Shown here: in pieces, positions 38,592 through 47,815 of the stretch
Numbering within the stretch: position 1 is the stretch's first letter
How the letters are laid out: every line of letters begins with the position of its first letter
Origin: Rhodocyclales bacterium
GTDB lineage: Bacteria; Pseudomonadota; Gammaproteobacteria; Burkholderiales; Rhodocyclaceae
Reading direction: 5' to 3'
Assembly (NCBI GenBank): GCA_016183655.1
Contig: JACPEH010000001.1
Span: 280 to 64,279 of the forward strand
Length of the DNA stretch: 64,000 nt
The notes under the pieces: model-generated
Told to the model about the DNA's origin: nothing
What the model saw: only the letters and a program-made list of their open reading frames with translations
The model's database searches: none
Made by a program: the position numbers and the translations under genes

Positions 38592-39524
38592 ATGGACCTC
38601 ACCCAGATCGGCGAAACCCTGCAGCGCGACGCGGTCTGGGTGGTCTTCCTGAACGTCCTGCTGCAGCAGCTGGGCCTGCCGGTGCCGGCGGTGCCGACGC
38701 TGCTGCTCGCCGGCAGCCTCGCCGCCGGCGGCGGCGACGGCGGGCGGATGCTGGCCGCCGCCGTAATCGCGTCAGTCATCGCCGACTGGATCTGGTACCT
38801 CGCCGGCCGCGGCTTCGGCTACCGCGTGCTGACCGGGCTGTGCCGGCTGTCGATCAACCCCGGTTCCTGCGTTTCCGACACCGAGGCGCGCTTCGTCAAA
38901 TGGGGCGTCTGGTCGCTGGTCGTCGCCAAGTTCGTTCCCGGCTTCTCCACCGTCGCGCCGCCGATCGCCGGTTCGCTGCGCATGCCGCTGCCCGGTTTCC
39001 TGATTGCCGCCGCGGTCGGCGCGGCGCTGTGGGCGGGCTGCGCCATCGGCGTCGGCTGGCTGCTGCGCGCCGAGGTGCATGCCGCGATTGCCGCGATGAG
39101 CGAGCATGGCGGCCGCGTCGCCAGCGTCGTCGGCCTGGCGCTGGCGGTCTGGATCGGCTGGAAGCTGTGGCAGAAGTACCGCTTCGAGCAACTGGCGGCA
39201 ATTCCGTCGATCACGCCCGACGAACTGATCGACGCGCTGGCCTCCGAACAACCGCCGCGACTGGTCGACCTGCGCGGTCCGGCGATGATCGCCACCACCG
39301 CGCCGATCGACGGCGCCGTCGTGGCGACGCTGGACGAGCTGCCGGCACTCGCCACCGACTGGCCGCGCCAGGCCCCGGTGGTCACGCTCTGCGCCTGCCC
39401 GGAAGACGCCACCGCGATCAGCGCCGCGCACCTGCTGACGAAAATGGGTTTTCGCACGGCCCGGCCGCTGCACGGCGGCTACGAAGCCTGGCTGGCGATG
39501 ACGAAGGGAGGCGCCGGCGGCTGA
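38592..39524 (+). CDS. DedA (VTT) plus rhodanese domain membrane protein
   Basis: QQLGLPVPA, AKFVPG, C-terminal CACP...LHGGYEAW. Confidence 0.88.
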   Translation: MDLTQIGETLQRDAVWVVFLNVLLQQLGLPVPAVPTLLLAGSLAAGGGDGGRMLAAAVIASVIADWIWYLAGRGFGYRVLTGLCRLSINPGSCVSDTEARFVKWGVWSLVVAKFVPGFSTVAPPIAGSLRMPLPGFLIAAAVGAALWAGCAIGVGWLLRAEVHAAIAAMSEHGGRVASVVGLALAVWIGWKLWQKYRFEQLAAIPSITPDELIDALASEQPPRLVDLRGPAMIATTAPIDGAVVATLDELPALATDWPRQAPVVTLCACPEDATAISAAHLLTKMGFRTARPLHGGYEAWLAMTKGGAGG

Positions 39525-39595
39525 GCGCGCGTCGCTCGCCCTGGAGGTCGGCACGGAGCGAGAGCGCTGCGAAAAAAACGACCCCGGAAAAAAAC

Positions 39596-39610
39596 TAGAC
39601 GACCGGTCTA
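39596..39610. promoter_or_regulatory. NemR-type operator
   Basis: TAGAC-GACCG-GTCTA dyad upstream of nemR. Confidence 0.85.
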
Positions 39611-39632
39611 ATTCGTGGCAACCTTCCGTTCC

Positions 39633-40217
39633 ATGAACATCCGCCACGACAACACGCGCCAGCACATCCTCGATACCGGCCACCGGATCATCGCCGGCAA
39701 GGGCTTTTCGAGCGTCGGGCTGACCGAGCTGCTGAACGCCGCCGGCGTACCGAAAGGCTCGTTCTACCACTACTTCGAATCCAAGGAGCAGTTCGGACAG
39801 GCTCTGCTCCAGGACTACTTCGACCGTTACCTGGCCAGCATCGACGAACTGCAGGCGGCCGAAACCGGCAACGGCCGCGAACGGCTGCTGCGCTACTGGC
39901 AGCGCTGGCGCGAGTCGCAGCGCGCCGACTGCAGCGAGCAGAAATGCCTGGTGGTGAAGCTCAGCGCGGAAGTCGCCGACCTCTCGGACGCGATGCGCAT
40001 CACGCTGCGCGACGGCACCGACCAGGTCGTCGCGCGCATCGCCGCGCTGCTCGATGCCGGCGTCGCCGACGGCTCGCTGCCGGCGCTGGAAGCGCGCCCG
40101 ACCGCGCAGATGCTGTACCAGCTGTGGCTCGGCGCCAGCCTGCTCGGCAAGCTGCACCGCGACGGCAGCGCGCTGGACAACGCCATGCAGGTCACCGAAC
40201 GGATGTTGTCGCGCTGA
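39633..40217 (+). CDS. nemR: TetR-family repressor NemR
   Basis: GVPKGSFYHYFESKE, CLVVKLSAEV with conserved Cys; upstream of nemA. Confidence 0.9.
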   Translation: MNIRHDNTRQHILDTGHRIIAGKGFSSVGLTELLNAAGVPKGSFYHYFESKEQFGQALLQDYFDRYLASIDELQAAETGNGRERLLRYWQRWRESQRADCSEQKCLVVKLSAEVADLSDAMRITLRDGTDQVVARIAALLDAGVADGSLPALEARPTAQMLYQLWLGASLLGKLHRDGSALDNAMQVTERMLSR

Positions 40218-40273
40218 CCCCGACACGGCCAGCGGCCGCGGTATTGCTGCGGCCGATTTTTTTACCCGTGGAT

Positions 40274-40288
40274 TAGACGACCGGTCTA
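40274..40288. promoter_or_regulatory. NemR-type operator (second copy)
   Basis: Identical TAGACGACCGGTCTA upstream of nemA. Confidence 0.85.
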
Positions 40289-40321
40289 ATTTTTTAACAT
40301 CGACCAAGAAGGAGAATCACC

Positions 40322-41419
40322 ATGCACCCCACGAGCTCCCTGTTCGACCCCATCAAGATCGGCGACATCACGCTCGCCAACCGCATCGTCATGGCCCCGC
40401 TGACCCGCAACCGCGCCGCCGATGGCCTGCTGCCCGGACCGCTGACCGTCGAGTACTACCGCCAGCGCGCCAGCGCCGGCCTGATCATCAGCGAAGCCAG
40501 CCAGATCAGCCCGATGGGCCAGGGCTACCTCGACACCCCGGGCATTTACACGCCACAACAGGTCGCCGCGTGGCGCCAGGTCACCGACGCGGTTCATGCC
40601 GAGGGCGGCAAGATCGTCATCCAGCTGTGGCACGTCGGCCGCATCTCGCACAGCTCGCTGCTGCCCGGCGGCGCCGCGCCGGTCTCCTCGACCAGCCGCC
40701 GGCCGAACGCGATGACCTTCACCCGCGACGGTTTCGTCCCGGTCTCGGCACCGCGCGCGCTGCGCGACGACGAACTGCCGGGCATCGTCGCCGACTACCG
40801 GCACGCCGCGCGCTGCGCGATCGAGGCCGGCTTCGACGGCGTCGAGGTCCATGCCGCCAATTCCTACCTCCTCGACCAGTTCCTGCGCGACAGCGTCAAC
40901 GACCGCAGCGGCCCCTACGGCGGCAGCATCGCCAACCGCGCCCGGCTGTTGCTGGAAGTGATGCAGGCGGTCGCCGACGAGATCGGTGCCGGCCGTACCG
41001 GCGTCCGCTTCAGCCCGATGACCACTTTCAGCGACACGCCGCGCGACAGCGATCCGCAGGCGCTGTTCAATTACGTCGTCGATCGGCTGGCGCCACTCGG
41101 ACTGGCCTACCTGCACGTGATCGAGGGCGAAACCGGCGGCGCACGTCACCCGGCGGACGCGCCGCCCTTCGACTACGAGGCACTGCATCGCCGTTTCCCC
41201 GGCGCCTGGATGATCAACAACGGCTACACCCGCAGCGAAGGCGAAGACGCGGTCACCAGCGGCCGTGCCGACCTGGTCGCCTTCGGCCGCCCGTTCATCG
41301 GCAACCCGGACCTCGTGCGCCGCCTGCGCGAGAATGCGCCACTGAACGAGCTGCGTGCCGACAAGCTTTACGGCGGCGGCGCCGAAGGCTACGTCGACTA
41401 CCCGGCGCTGGCCGCCTGA
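40322..41419 (+). CDS. nemA: Old-yellow-enzyme alkene reductase (N-ethylmaleimide reductase)
   Basis: NRIVMAPLTR, QLWHVGR, HAANSYLLDQF, FGRPFIGNPDL. Confidence 0.92.
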   Translation: MHPTSSLFDPIKIGDITLANRIVMAPLTRNRAADGLLPGPLTVEYYRQRASAGLIISEASQISPMGQGYLDTPGIYTPQQVAAWRQVTDAVHAEGGKIVIQLWHVGRISHSSLLPGGAAPVSSTSRRPNAMTFTRDGFVPVSAPRALRDDELPGIVADYRHAARCAIEAGFDGVEVHAANSYLLDQFLRDSVNDRSGPYGGSIANRARLLLEVMQAVADEIGAGRTGVRFSPMTTFSDTPRDSDPQALFNYVVDRLAPLGLAYLHVIEGETGGARHPADAPPFDYEALHRRFPGAWMINNGYTRSEGEDAVTSGRADLVAFGRPFIGNPDLVRRLRENAPLNELRADKLYGGGAEGYVDYPALAA

Positions 41420-41467
41420 ACGATGTGCGCTGCACATCGCGAAGAAGTGCCCTCGGGGTGCGCCTGA
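41413..41467 (+). repeat. Single 48-bp two-hairpin unit
   Basis: CGCCTGA at 41413 and 41461, 48 bp apart. Confidence 0.9.
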
Positions 41468-41538
41468 GCGGCCTCGCCACCGACGGCCGCGGCGGGACTT
41501 CCCGCCGCGGTTCCCTCCCCATTTCTTCCGGATCTCCG

Positions 41539-42513
41539 ATGCCCTCCTCCTTTCGCCGCTGGCTGCCGCCGCTCGCCCTCGTCGTCCTCTCGCTGACCTG
41601 GGGCTACACCTGGATCCTCGCCAAGCAGGGCCTGGCCTATGCGCCGCCCTTCGCCTTCGCCGCGGAGCGCTGCATCGGCGGGGCGCTCGCGCTGGTGCTG
41701 GCGCTCAAGCTGATGGGTCGCCCGCTGAAGCTGGTGGCGCCGGGTCCGACGCTGGCCATCGCGCTGACCCAGGTCACCGGCTTCATGGTCTTCCAGACCT
41801 GGGCGCTGGTCGAAGGCGGCCCCGGCAAGACCGCGGTGCTGATCTTCACGATGCCGATCTGGACGCTGCTGATGGCGTGGCCGCTGCTCGGCGAACGGGT
41901 CCGCGGCCGGCAGTGGCTGGCAGCGGCAAGCACGCTGGCCGGCCTCGTGCTGATCATCGAACCGTGGGACATGCACGCCAGCCTGTTCAGCAAGTTCCTC
42001 GGCCTGCTGGCGGCGCTGTGCTGGGGCATCGGCACGATCCTGATCAAGCGCCTGCGCTCGGCGCGGCAGGTCGACCTGCTGGCGCTGACCGCCTGGCAGA
42101 TGGTCCTCGGCGCGGTGCCGCTGCTCGCGCTGGCGCTGCTGGTGCCGGAACGCCCGACGGAATGGTCGGTGCCCTACCTGGGCATCCTCGCCTTCATGTC
42201 GATCATCAGCACCGCGCTGTGCTGGTGGTTGTGGGCCTACATCCTCGACCGCGTCCCGGCGTGGGAGGCCAGCCTGTCGATCCTCGGCACGCCGGTGGTG
42301 GCGATCGTTTCCTCGCGCCTGATGTTCGGCGAGGAATTCAAGGCGATGGAGACGGCGGGTATCGTGCTGATCGGCAGCGGCCTTGCGTTGCTCTCGCTGT
42401 TCGGCTGGGCCGCCAGCCGGCGCAGCCTGAGCAATCGGAGCGCGCCGGGGAACCTGGATCATCCGGCCAGTCTGGCGCTGGCGGAAAGCAGGCCGGCGCA
42501 GCCGCGCGGCTGA
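41539..42513 (+). CDS. DMT/EamA family transporter
   Basis: About 10 TM helices; WGYTW, FTMPIW, LLGER. Confidence 0.9.
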   Translation: MPSSFRRWLPPLALVVLSLTWGYTWILAKQGLAYAPPFAFAAERCIGGALALVLALKLMGRPLKLVAPGPTLAIALTQVTGFMVFQTWALVEGGPGKTAVLIFTMPIWTLLMAWPLLGERVRGRQWLAAASTLAGLVLIIEPWDMHASLFSKFLGLLAALCWGIGTILIKRLRSARQVDLLALTAWQMVLGAVPLLALALLVPERPTEWSVPYLGILAFMSIISTALCWWLWAYILDRVPAWEASLSILGTPVVAIVSSRLMFGEEFKAMETAGIVLIGSGLALLSLFGWAASRRSLSNRSAPGNLDHPASLALAESRPAQPRG

Positions 42514-42528
42514 AGCAAGCCGGGAACG

Positions 42529-42570
42529 AAAAAGCCGGGCGGTTCCAGGGAACCGGCCGGCTTTTCATTT
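42529..42570. terminator. Bidirectional intrinsic terminator
   Basis: AAAAGCCGG...CCGGCTTTT between convergent genes. Confidence 0.75.
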
Positions 42571-42594
42571 GTGCCGCAGCAAACTGCCGCGAAG

Positions 42595-43164
42595 CTATTT
42601 CTGCCCGCCCTCGGGCTTCTTGCCGTCGGCGCCCGGATACGCCGGGAAACCGGTGAACATGTTGCGCGTCTGGCTCTGCAGCTGCTCCTGCATCTGCTGC
42701 ACCATCTTCTTGCTCTGGTCCATGTAGGCGGCCATCATCTGCTGCATCGCCGGCCCCTGGAAATTCAGGAACTGCGTCCACATGTCGTTCTGCATCTGGC
42801 TGTTCTCGCCGCCGTAGAGCGTGCGCGACTGCTCCTGCATCTTGCCCTGGAAGTCGACGAAGGACTTGATGTTGTTCTCCAGGTACTTGCCGAGCATGCC
42901 CTGCATGGCGTGGCCGTAGAAACGGATCATCTGCGCCAGCAGCTCGGTGGTGAACAGCGGCACGCCGCCGGTTTCCTCTTCGAGGATGATCTGCAGCAGG
43001 ATGCTGCGGGTGAGGTCCTCGCCACTCTTGGCGTCGACCACCTTGAAATTTTCGAAGGCCAGCACGAGATCCTTGACGTCGGTCAGCGTGATGTAGGCGC
43101 TGGTCTTGGTATCGTAAAGACGGCGGTTCGGGTACTTCTTGATCAGTCGCTGCTGCTCCGACAT
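42595..43164 (-). CDS. phaR: PHA synthesis repressor
   Basis: RLIKKYPNRRLYDT, GEDLTRSILLQII. Confidence 0.96.
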   Translation of the reverse strand: MSEQQRLIKKYPNRRLYDTKTSAYITLTDVKDLVLAFENFKVVDAKSGEDLTRSILLQIILEEETGGVPLFTTELLAQMIRFYGHAMQGMLGKYLENNIKSFVDFQGKMQEQSRTLYGGENSQMQNDMWTQFLNFQGPAMQQMMAAYMDQSKKMVQQMQEQLQSQTRNMFTGFPAYPGADGKKPEGGQK

Positions 43165-43254
43165 GAAGGCATTTCCTCCGAATGATTGGTGTTCCGGTTC
43201 CGGATGCTCTGCGGCACCTCGGCATGCTGCACAGCACAAGTATAACCCAGTAAG

Positions 43255-43283
43255 GAAAGACGGCCCCGCAGGGCCGTCTTTCT
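43255..43283. terminator. Terminator-like hairpin after the second phaB
   Basis: GAAAGACGGCCC-CGCA-GGGCCGTCTTTC. Confidence 0.7.
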
Positions 43284-43295
43284 GTCAAACAAGGC

Positions 43296-43974
43296 TTACT
43301 GGTAGTACAGGCCGCCGTTGATGTTCAACGTGGCGCCGGTCATGAAGCCGGCGTTTTCGGAGGCGAGGTAGACGCAGGCGGCGCCCATCTCTTCCGGCTT
43401 GCCCAGACGCTTCATCGGCACCGAGTCGACGATGCCCTTGAGGATGTCCTCGCGGATCGCCATCACCATCTTGGTGGCGATGTAGCCGGGGGCGATCGCG
43501 TTCACGGTGACGTTCTTGGCCGCGAGTTCCGCCGCCAGCGCCTTGGTGAAGCCGATCACGCCGGCCTTCGCCGCCGAGTAGTTGGACTGCCCGGCCTGGC
43601 CCTTGACGCCGTTCACCGACGAGATGTTGATGATCCGGCCCCAGCCGCGCTCGGCCATCTTCGCCGACACCTGCTTGGTGACGTTGAACAGGCTGGTCAG
43701 GTTGGTCGAGATCACCGCGTCCCACTGCTCCTTCTCCATCTTGGCGAAGAACTTGTCGCGGGTGATGCCGGCATTGTTCACCAGGATGTCGATCGGGCCG
43801 GCCTGGGCTTCGGCTTCCGCCACCATCGCCTGGCACGAGGCCAGGTCGGCGACGTCGCCGGCGACGCAGACGAAATCCTTGAAGCCGGCGGCTTCCTGTT
43901 CCTTCAGCCATTCGACAGACGGCGGTACCGATGCCGCCCATGGCGCCGGTGACGAGTGCGATTCTTTGCGTCAT
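43296..43974 (-). pseudogene. phaB: Second acetoacetyl-CoA reductase with frameshifting deletion
   Basis: MTQRIALVTGAMGGIGTAVC, then frame change near 43914 into EWLKEQ...NNAGITRD...YSAAK; 679 nt, not a multiple of 3. Confidence 0.85.
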
Positions 43975-44029
43975 TTTTGGTTTCCTCTGCTGCTGTTGAT
44001 AAAGGACTGCTTCACTGCTCCAAGAGCGG

Positions 44030-44770
44030 TCAGTACATGTGCTGACCGCCATTGATCGAAATGTTGGCGCCGGTGACGAAGGCGGCCTCGTCCGAAGAAA
44101 GATAGGCGACGAGACCGGCGATCTCTTCCGGCTTGCCCAGGCGGGCCACCGGAATCTGCGGCAGGATCTTCGAGTCGAGGATCTCCTGCGGGATAGCCAT
44201 CACCATCTTGGTGCCGATATAGCCCGGCGAGATGGTATTCACCGTCACCCCGGCCTTCGCCACTTCCAGCGCCAGCGCCTTGGTGAAACCGTGCATGCCG
44301 GCCTTCGCCGCCGAGTAGTTGGTCTGCCCGAAGGCGCCCTTCTGCCCGTTCACCGAGGCAACGTTGATGACGCGCCCCCACTTGCGCTCGACCATGCCGT
44401 CCATGACCTGCTTGGTCATGTTGAAGACCGAGTCGAGGTTGGTACCGATCACCGCGTCCCAGTCGGCCTTGGTCATCCGCTTGAAGGTCATGTCGCGGGT
44501 GATGCCGGCGTTGTTCACCAGCACGTCGACCGGACCGACCTCCTTCGTTACCGTGTCGACGCACTCCTTGCACGAATCGAAGTCGGCGACGTCGCAGGGG
44601 TAGGCCTTGAAGCCGTAGCCCATGTTGTTCATCGTCGCCAGCCACTCCTTCGCCTTGGCGTTGCCCGGCGAATGCGTCGCCACCACCTTGTGGCCGAGCG
44701 CGGCGAGCTTGATGCAGATCGCTTCGCCGAGGCCGCCCATCCCCCCGGTAACCAGTGCAACTCTTGGCAT
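44030..44770 (-). CDS. phaB: Acetoacetyl-CoA reductase
   Basis: VTGGMGGLG, NNAGITRD, GQTNYSAAK. Confidence 0.95.
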   Translation of the reverse strand: MPRVALVTGGMGGLGEAICIKLAALGHKVVATHSPGNAKAKEWLATMNNMGYGFKAYPCDVADFDSCKECVDTVTKEVGPVDVLVNNAGITRDMTFKRMTKADWDAVIGTNLDSVFNMTKQVMDGMVERKWGRVINVASVNGQKGAFGQTNYSAAKAGMHGFTKALALEVAKAGVTVNTISPGYIGTKMVMAIPQEILDSKILPQIPVARLGKPEEIAGLVAYLSSDEAAFVTGANISINGGQHMY

Positions 44771-44854
44771 GTTCTTCCCCTTCTCAGTTTCTCTGTTTCA
44801 GGATTCGATGAAGAACTTCCGCCTGCACTTCGGCGTTCTTCCGCAGTTTTGCGA

Positions 44855-46600
44855 CTACGCCTTCTCTTTCACATAACGCCCCGGGGCCGGCTCGATGGCC
44901 TTGTATTTCGTGTTCCCCGGCTTCTTGCGCGCGGCGCATTCGCCGCCCGCATGCTGCTTCAGCCAGTCGGCCCAGTCGGACCACCAGCTCCCCTTCCTTT
45001 CCTCGGCCGCCGCCAGCCAGCCTTCGGCGTCGGACCGGGTATCGTCGTTGGCCCAGTAGCTGCGCTTGTTCTTCGCCGCCGGATTGACGACGCCGGCGAT
45101 GTGACCGCTGGCGCCGAGCACGAACTTCGTCTTGCCGCCGAGCAGGCGCGTGCTCTGGTACGCCGTCTGCCACGGCACGATGTGGTCCTCGCGCGTCGCC
45201 AGCAGATAGCTCGGCATCTTCACCTGGCCGAGGTCGACCTTGGCCCCGCACATCTCCAGCTTGCCGGGAACGCGCAGGCTGTTGTTGAGGTACAGGTTGC
45301 GCATGTACCAGGCGGTAAACGGCCCGGGCAGGTTGGTCGAGTCGGAGTTCCAGTAGAGCAGGTCGAAGGCCGGCGGCTTCTGCCCCTTCAGGTAGTTGCC
45401 GGAGACGTAGTTCCAGATCAGGTCGTTGGCGCGCAGCGCCGAGAAGGTCCCGGACAGCTCGCGGCCGGTGAGCAGGCCGCCCTTGCCGATCGTCGCGTCG
45501 CGCGAGGCGCAGCTCTGTTCGTCGATGAACAGGCCGATCTCGCCGGTATCCGAAAAATCGAGCAGCGTGGTCAGCAGCGTCAGGCTGGCCACCCAGTCCT
45601 CGCCGCGCGCCGCGAGCACGCCCAGCGCGCTGGAGAGGATGGTGCCGCCGACGCAGAAGCCGAGCGCGTTGACCTGGTCGACCTTGGCGATTTCGCGGGC
45701 GACGGCAAGCGCTGTCAGCGGGCCTTGTTCCAGGTAGTCGTTCCAGCCGAAATGCCCCTGCTCCGCCTTCGGGTTGCGCCAGGAAACGAGGAAGACGGTG
45801 TTGCCCTGCTCGACCGCGTAGCGCACGAACGAGTTCTCGGCCTGCAGGTCGAGGATGTAGAACTTGTTGATGCACGGCGGCACGATCACCAGCGGCCGCT
45901 TGGCCACCTTGTCGGTGAGCGGCGAATACTGGATCAGCTGCATCAACTCGTTTTCGTAGACCACGGCGCCCGGCGTCGTCGCCAGGTTGCGGCCGACCTC
46001 GAAGGCGCTGTCGTCGGTCATCGAGATGCGGCCCTTCTCGACGTCCCTGATCAGGTTGTTGATGCCTTCGGTGATGCTCTGGCCCTTGCTTTCGACGGCC
46101 AGCTTGATGAATTCGGGATTGGTCGCGGCGAAGTTGCTCGGCGCCGCCGCGTCGAGGTACTGGCGCGCCAGGAAACGCAGCCGATTCTTCGCCTTGTCGT
46201 CCTCGACCGGCGCCAGCTCGACCAGCTCGCGCAGGAAGCCGGCGTTCAGCAGGTAGCTCTGGCGGATGTAATCGAATACCGGGCTGGCACGCCATTCCGG
46301 CGCCGAGAAGCGGCGGTCGCCGGACTCGGCGTGGATCTCGAAAGGCGCACCGCCGTCCTTGCCGCCGGAACGACCCTTTTCCAGCATGGCGTTCCACAGC
46401 CGGGTCTGCTTCTCCATGAAGTCGCGCTGCAGCGCGGAGAGCTTTGCCGGGTCGGGCGTCCCGATCTGGATCGGCGCGCCGCCCAGCGGATGCTGGGCCT
46501 GCGGAGTACCGAGAAAACCGAAAAACTGCTGCGCCATCGCCTGTCCCGCCTGCATCATCTGCTGCATCACGGGGGCGAAGGGGTCTGTCGTCTGCGACAT
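44855..46600 (-). CDS. phaC: Class I PHA synthase
   Basis: PPCINKFYILDL, GFCVGG lipase box, DHIVPW, SGHIAG. Confidence 0.96.
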   Translation of the reverse strand: MSQTTDPFAPVMQQMMQAGQAMAQQFFGFLGTPQAQHPLGGAPIQIGTPDPAKLSALQRDFMEKQTRLWNAMLEKGRSGGKDGGAPFEIHAESGDRRFSAPEWRASPVFDYIRQSYLLNAGFLRELVELAPVEDDKAKNRLRFLARQYLDAAAPSNFAATNPEFIKLAVESKGQSITEGINNLIRDVEKGRISMTDDSAFEVGRNLATTPGAVVYENELMQLIQYSPLTDKVAKRPLVIVPPCINKFYILDLQAENSFVRYAVEQGNTVFLVSWRNPKAEQGHFGWNDYLEQGPLTALAVAREIAKVDQVNALGFCVGGTILSSALGVLAARGEDWVASLTLLTTLLDFSDTGEIGLFIDEQSCASRDATIGKGGLLTGRELSGTFSALRANDLIWNYVSGNYLKGQKPPAFDLLYWNSDSTNLPGPFTAWYMRNLYLNNSLRVPGKLEMCGAKVDLGQVKMPSYLLATREDHIVPWQTAYQSTRLLGGKTKFVLGASGHIAGVVNPAAKNKRSYWANDDTRSDAEGWLAAAEERKGSWWSDWADWLKQHAGGECAARKKPGNTKYKAIEPAPGRYVKEKA

Positions 46601-46805
46601 TGTGCGTGAATCCTGGCTGGGGGCTGAGGCAGAGAGCGCGAAGCCTGCTGCGTGCAAACCGATTTCTTGTCTTATCGATTCTGCATCGCACCATAGGGGC
46701 TGTCAACGACTGCGGCGGCATTGTGCAAATGGCTCACGAACGCACGGAAAGCTGCGTGGACAAGGGCCGGACAACGGGATGACGGGCGTGCCCTATAATG
46801 CGCCG

Positions 46806-47030
46806 ATGTACATCATCGCCATCGGCTGGCTGTGGGTTGTGCTGATGATGGCGATCACCGAAAGCAACGTGGTCGCCGGCATCCTCACCTTCACCTTCTA
46901 CGGACTCTTCCCCTGTGCACTGCTCATGTGGCTGCTCGGCACGCCGGCGCGCCGGCGCCGGCGGGCAGCGGACGCCGCCAGCGGAACATCAACGGATACG
47001 GAAGGAAACGACGGCAGCGGCGGTGCGTGA
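46806..47030 (+). CDS. Small membrane protein
   Basis: MYIIAIGWLWVVLMMAITE...FYGLFP...GTPARRR. Confidence 0.75.
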   Translation: MYIIAIGWLWVVLMMAITESNVVAGILTFTFYGLFPCALLMWLLGTPARRRRRAADAASGTSTDTEGNDGSGGA

Positions 47031-47041
47031 CACCGGCCACG

Positions 47042-47815
47042 TCATGAGCCGGCGACGTCGCGCCAGACCAGCGTCGCCATGCGCCCGGTGACGCCGTCGC
47101 GGCGATAGGAAAAATAACGGTCCGCCTGCCGGTAGGTGCACTCGTCACCGCCGCAGACCGCACCGACGCCCAGCGTGGCGAGGCGCCGCCGCGCCAGCAG
47201 CGGCAGATCGGCGAACCAGCGATCGCCCCGGCCGCGGGTGAACGCGACCGCAGCCCCGGCATCGTGCGCGACGAAGGCGTCGCGCACCTCCCCGCCGACC
47301 TCGAAGGCCGCCGGCCCGATCGCCGGCCCCAGCCAGGCGCTCAGCTCCGCCGCCGGCACCCGCATCGCGGCCACCGTCGCTTCGATGACGCCGGCAACGA
47401 GGCCGCGCCAGCCGGCATGGGCAGCAGCCACGACCGAACCGCGGCGATCGCAGAGCAGCAGCGGCAGGCAATCCGCCGTCATCACCGCACAGACCTTGCC
47501 GGCGCCGCGCGCCACCGCGGCATCGGCAACCGGCACCGCCGCAGGCTGCTCGTCGAGCATCGCCACGGCGACGCCATGCACCTGCGCCAGCCAGGTTAGC
47601 GGCGCCGGCAGCGCCGCGCCCAGCCGGGCGCGGTTGGCGGCGACGGCGGCCGGCGCATCGCCGACGTGGTCGCCGAGGTTGAAGCTGGCCCACGGCGCCC
47701 CGCTGACGCCGCCGCAGCGCGTCGTCTGCAAGGCCCGGACGCCGGGCGGCAGCGGCCAGTCGGGTACGAACCACGCGCCGTCGCCGGCGGGCGAGCCGAC
47801 GGCAGGCTCAGTCAT
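47042..47815 (-). CDS. pgeF: Purine nucleoside phosphorylase / peptidoglycan editing factor (YfiH)
   Basis: QVHG, TADCLP, HAGWRG, FSYRR. Confidence 0.95.
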   Translation of the reverse strand: MTEPAVGSPAGDGAWFVPDWPLPPGVRALQTTRCGGVSGAPWASFNLGDHVGDAPAAVAANRARLGAALPAPLTWLAQVHGVAVAMLDEQPAAVPVADAAVARGAGKVCAVMTADCLPLLLCDRRGSVVAAAHAGWRGLVAGVIEATVAAMRVPAAELSAWLGPAIGPAAFEVGGEVRDAFVAHDAGAAVAFTRGRGDRWFADLPLLARRRLATLGVGAVCGGDECTYRQADRYFSYRRDGVTGRMATLVWRDVAGS

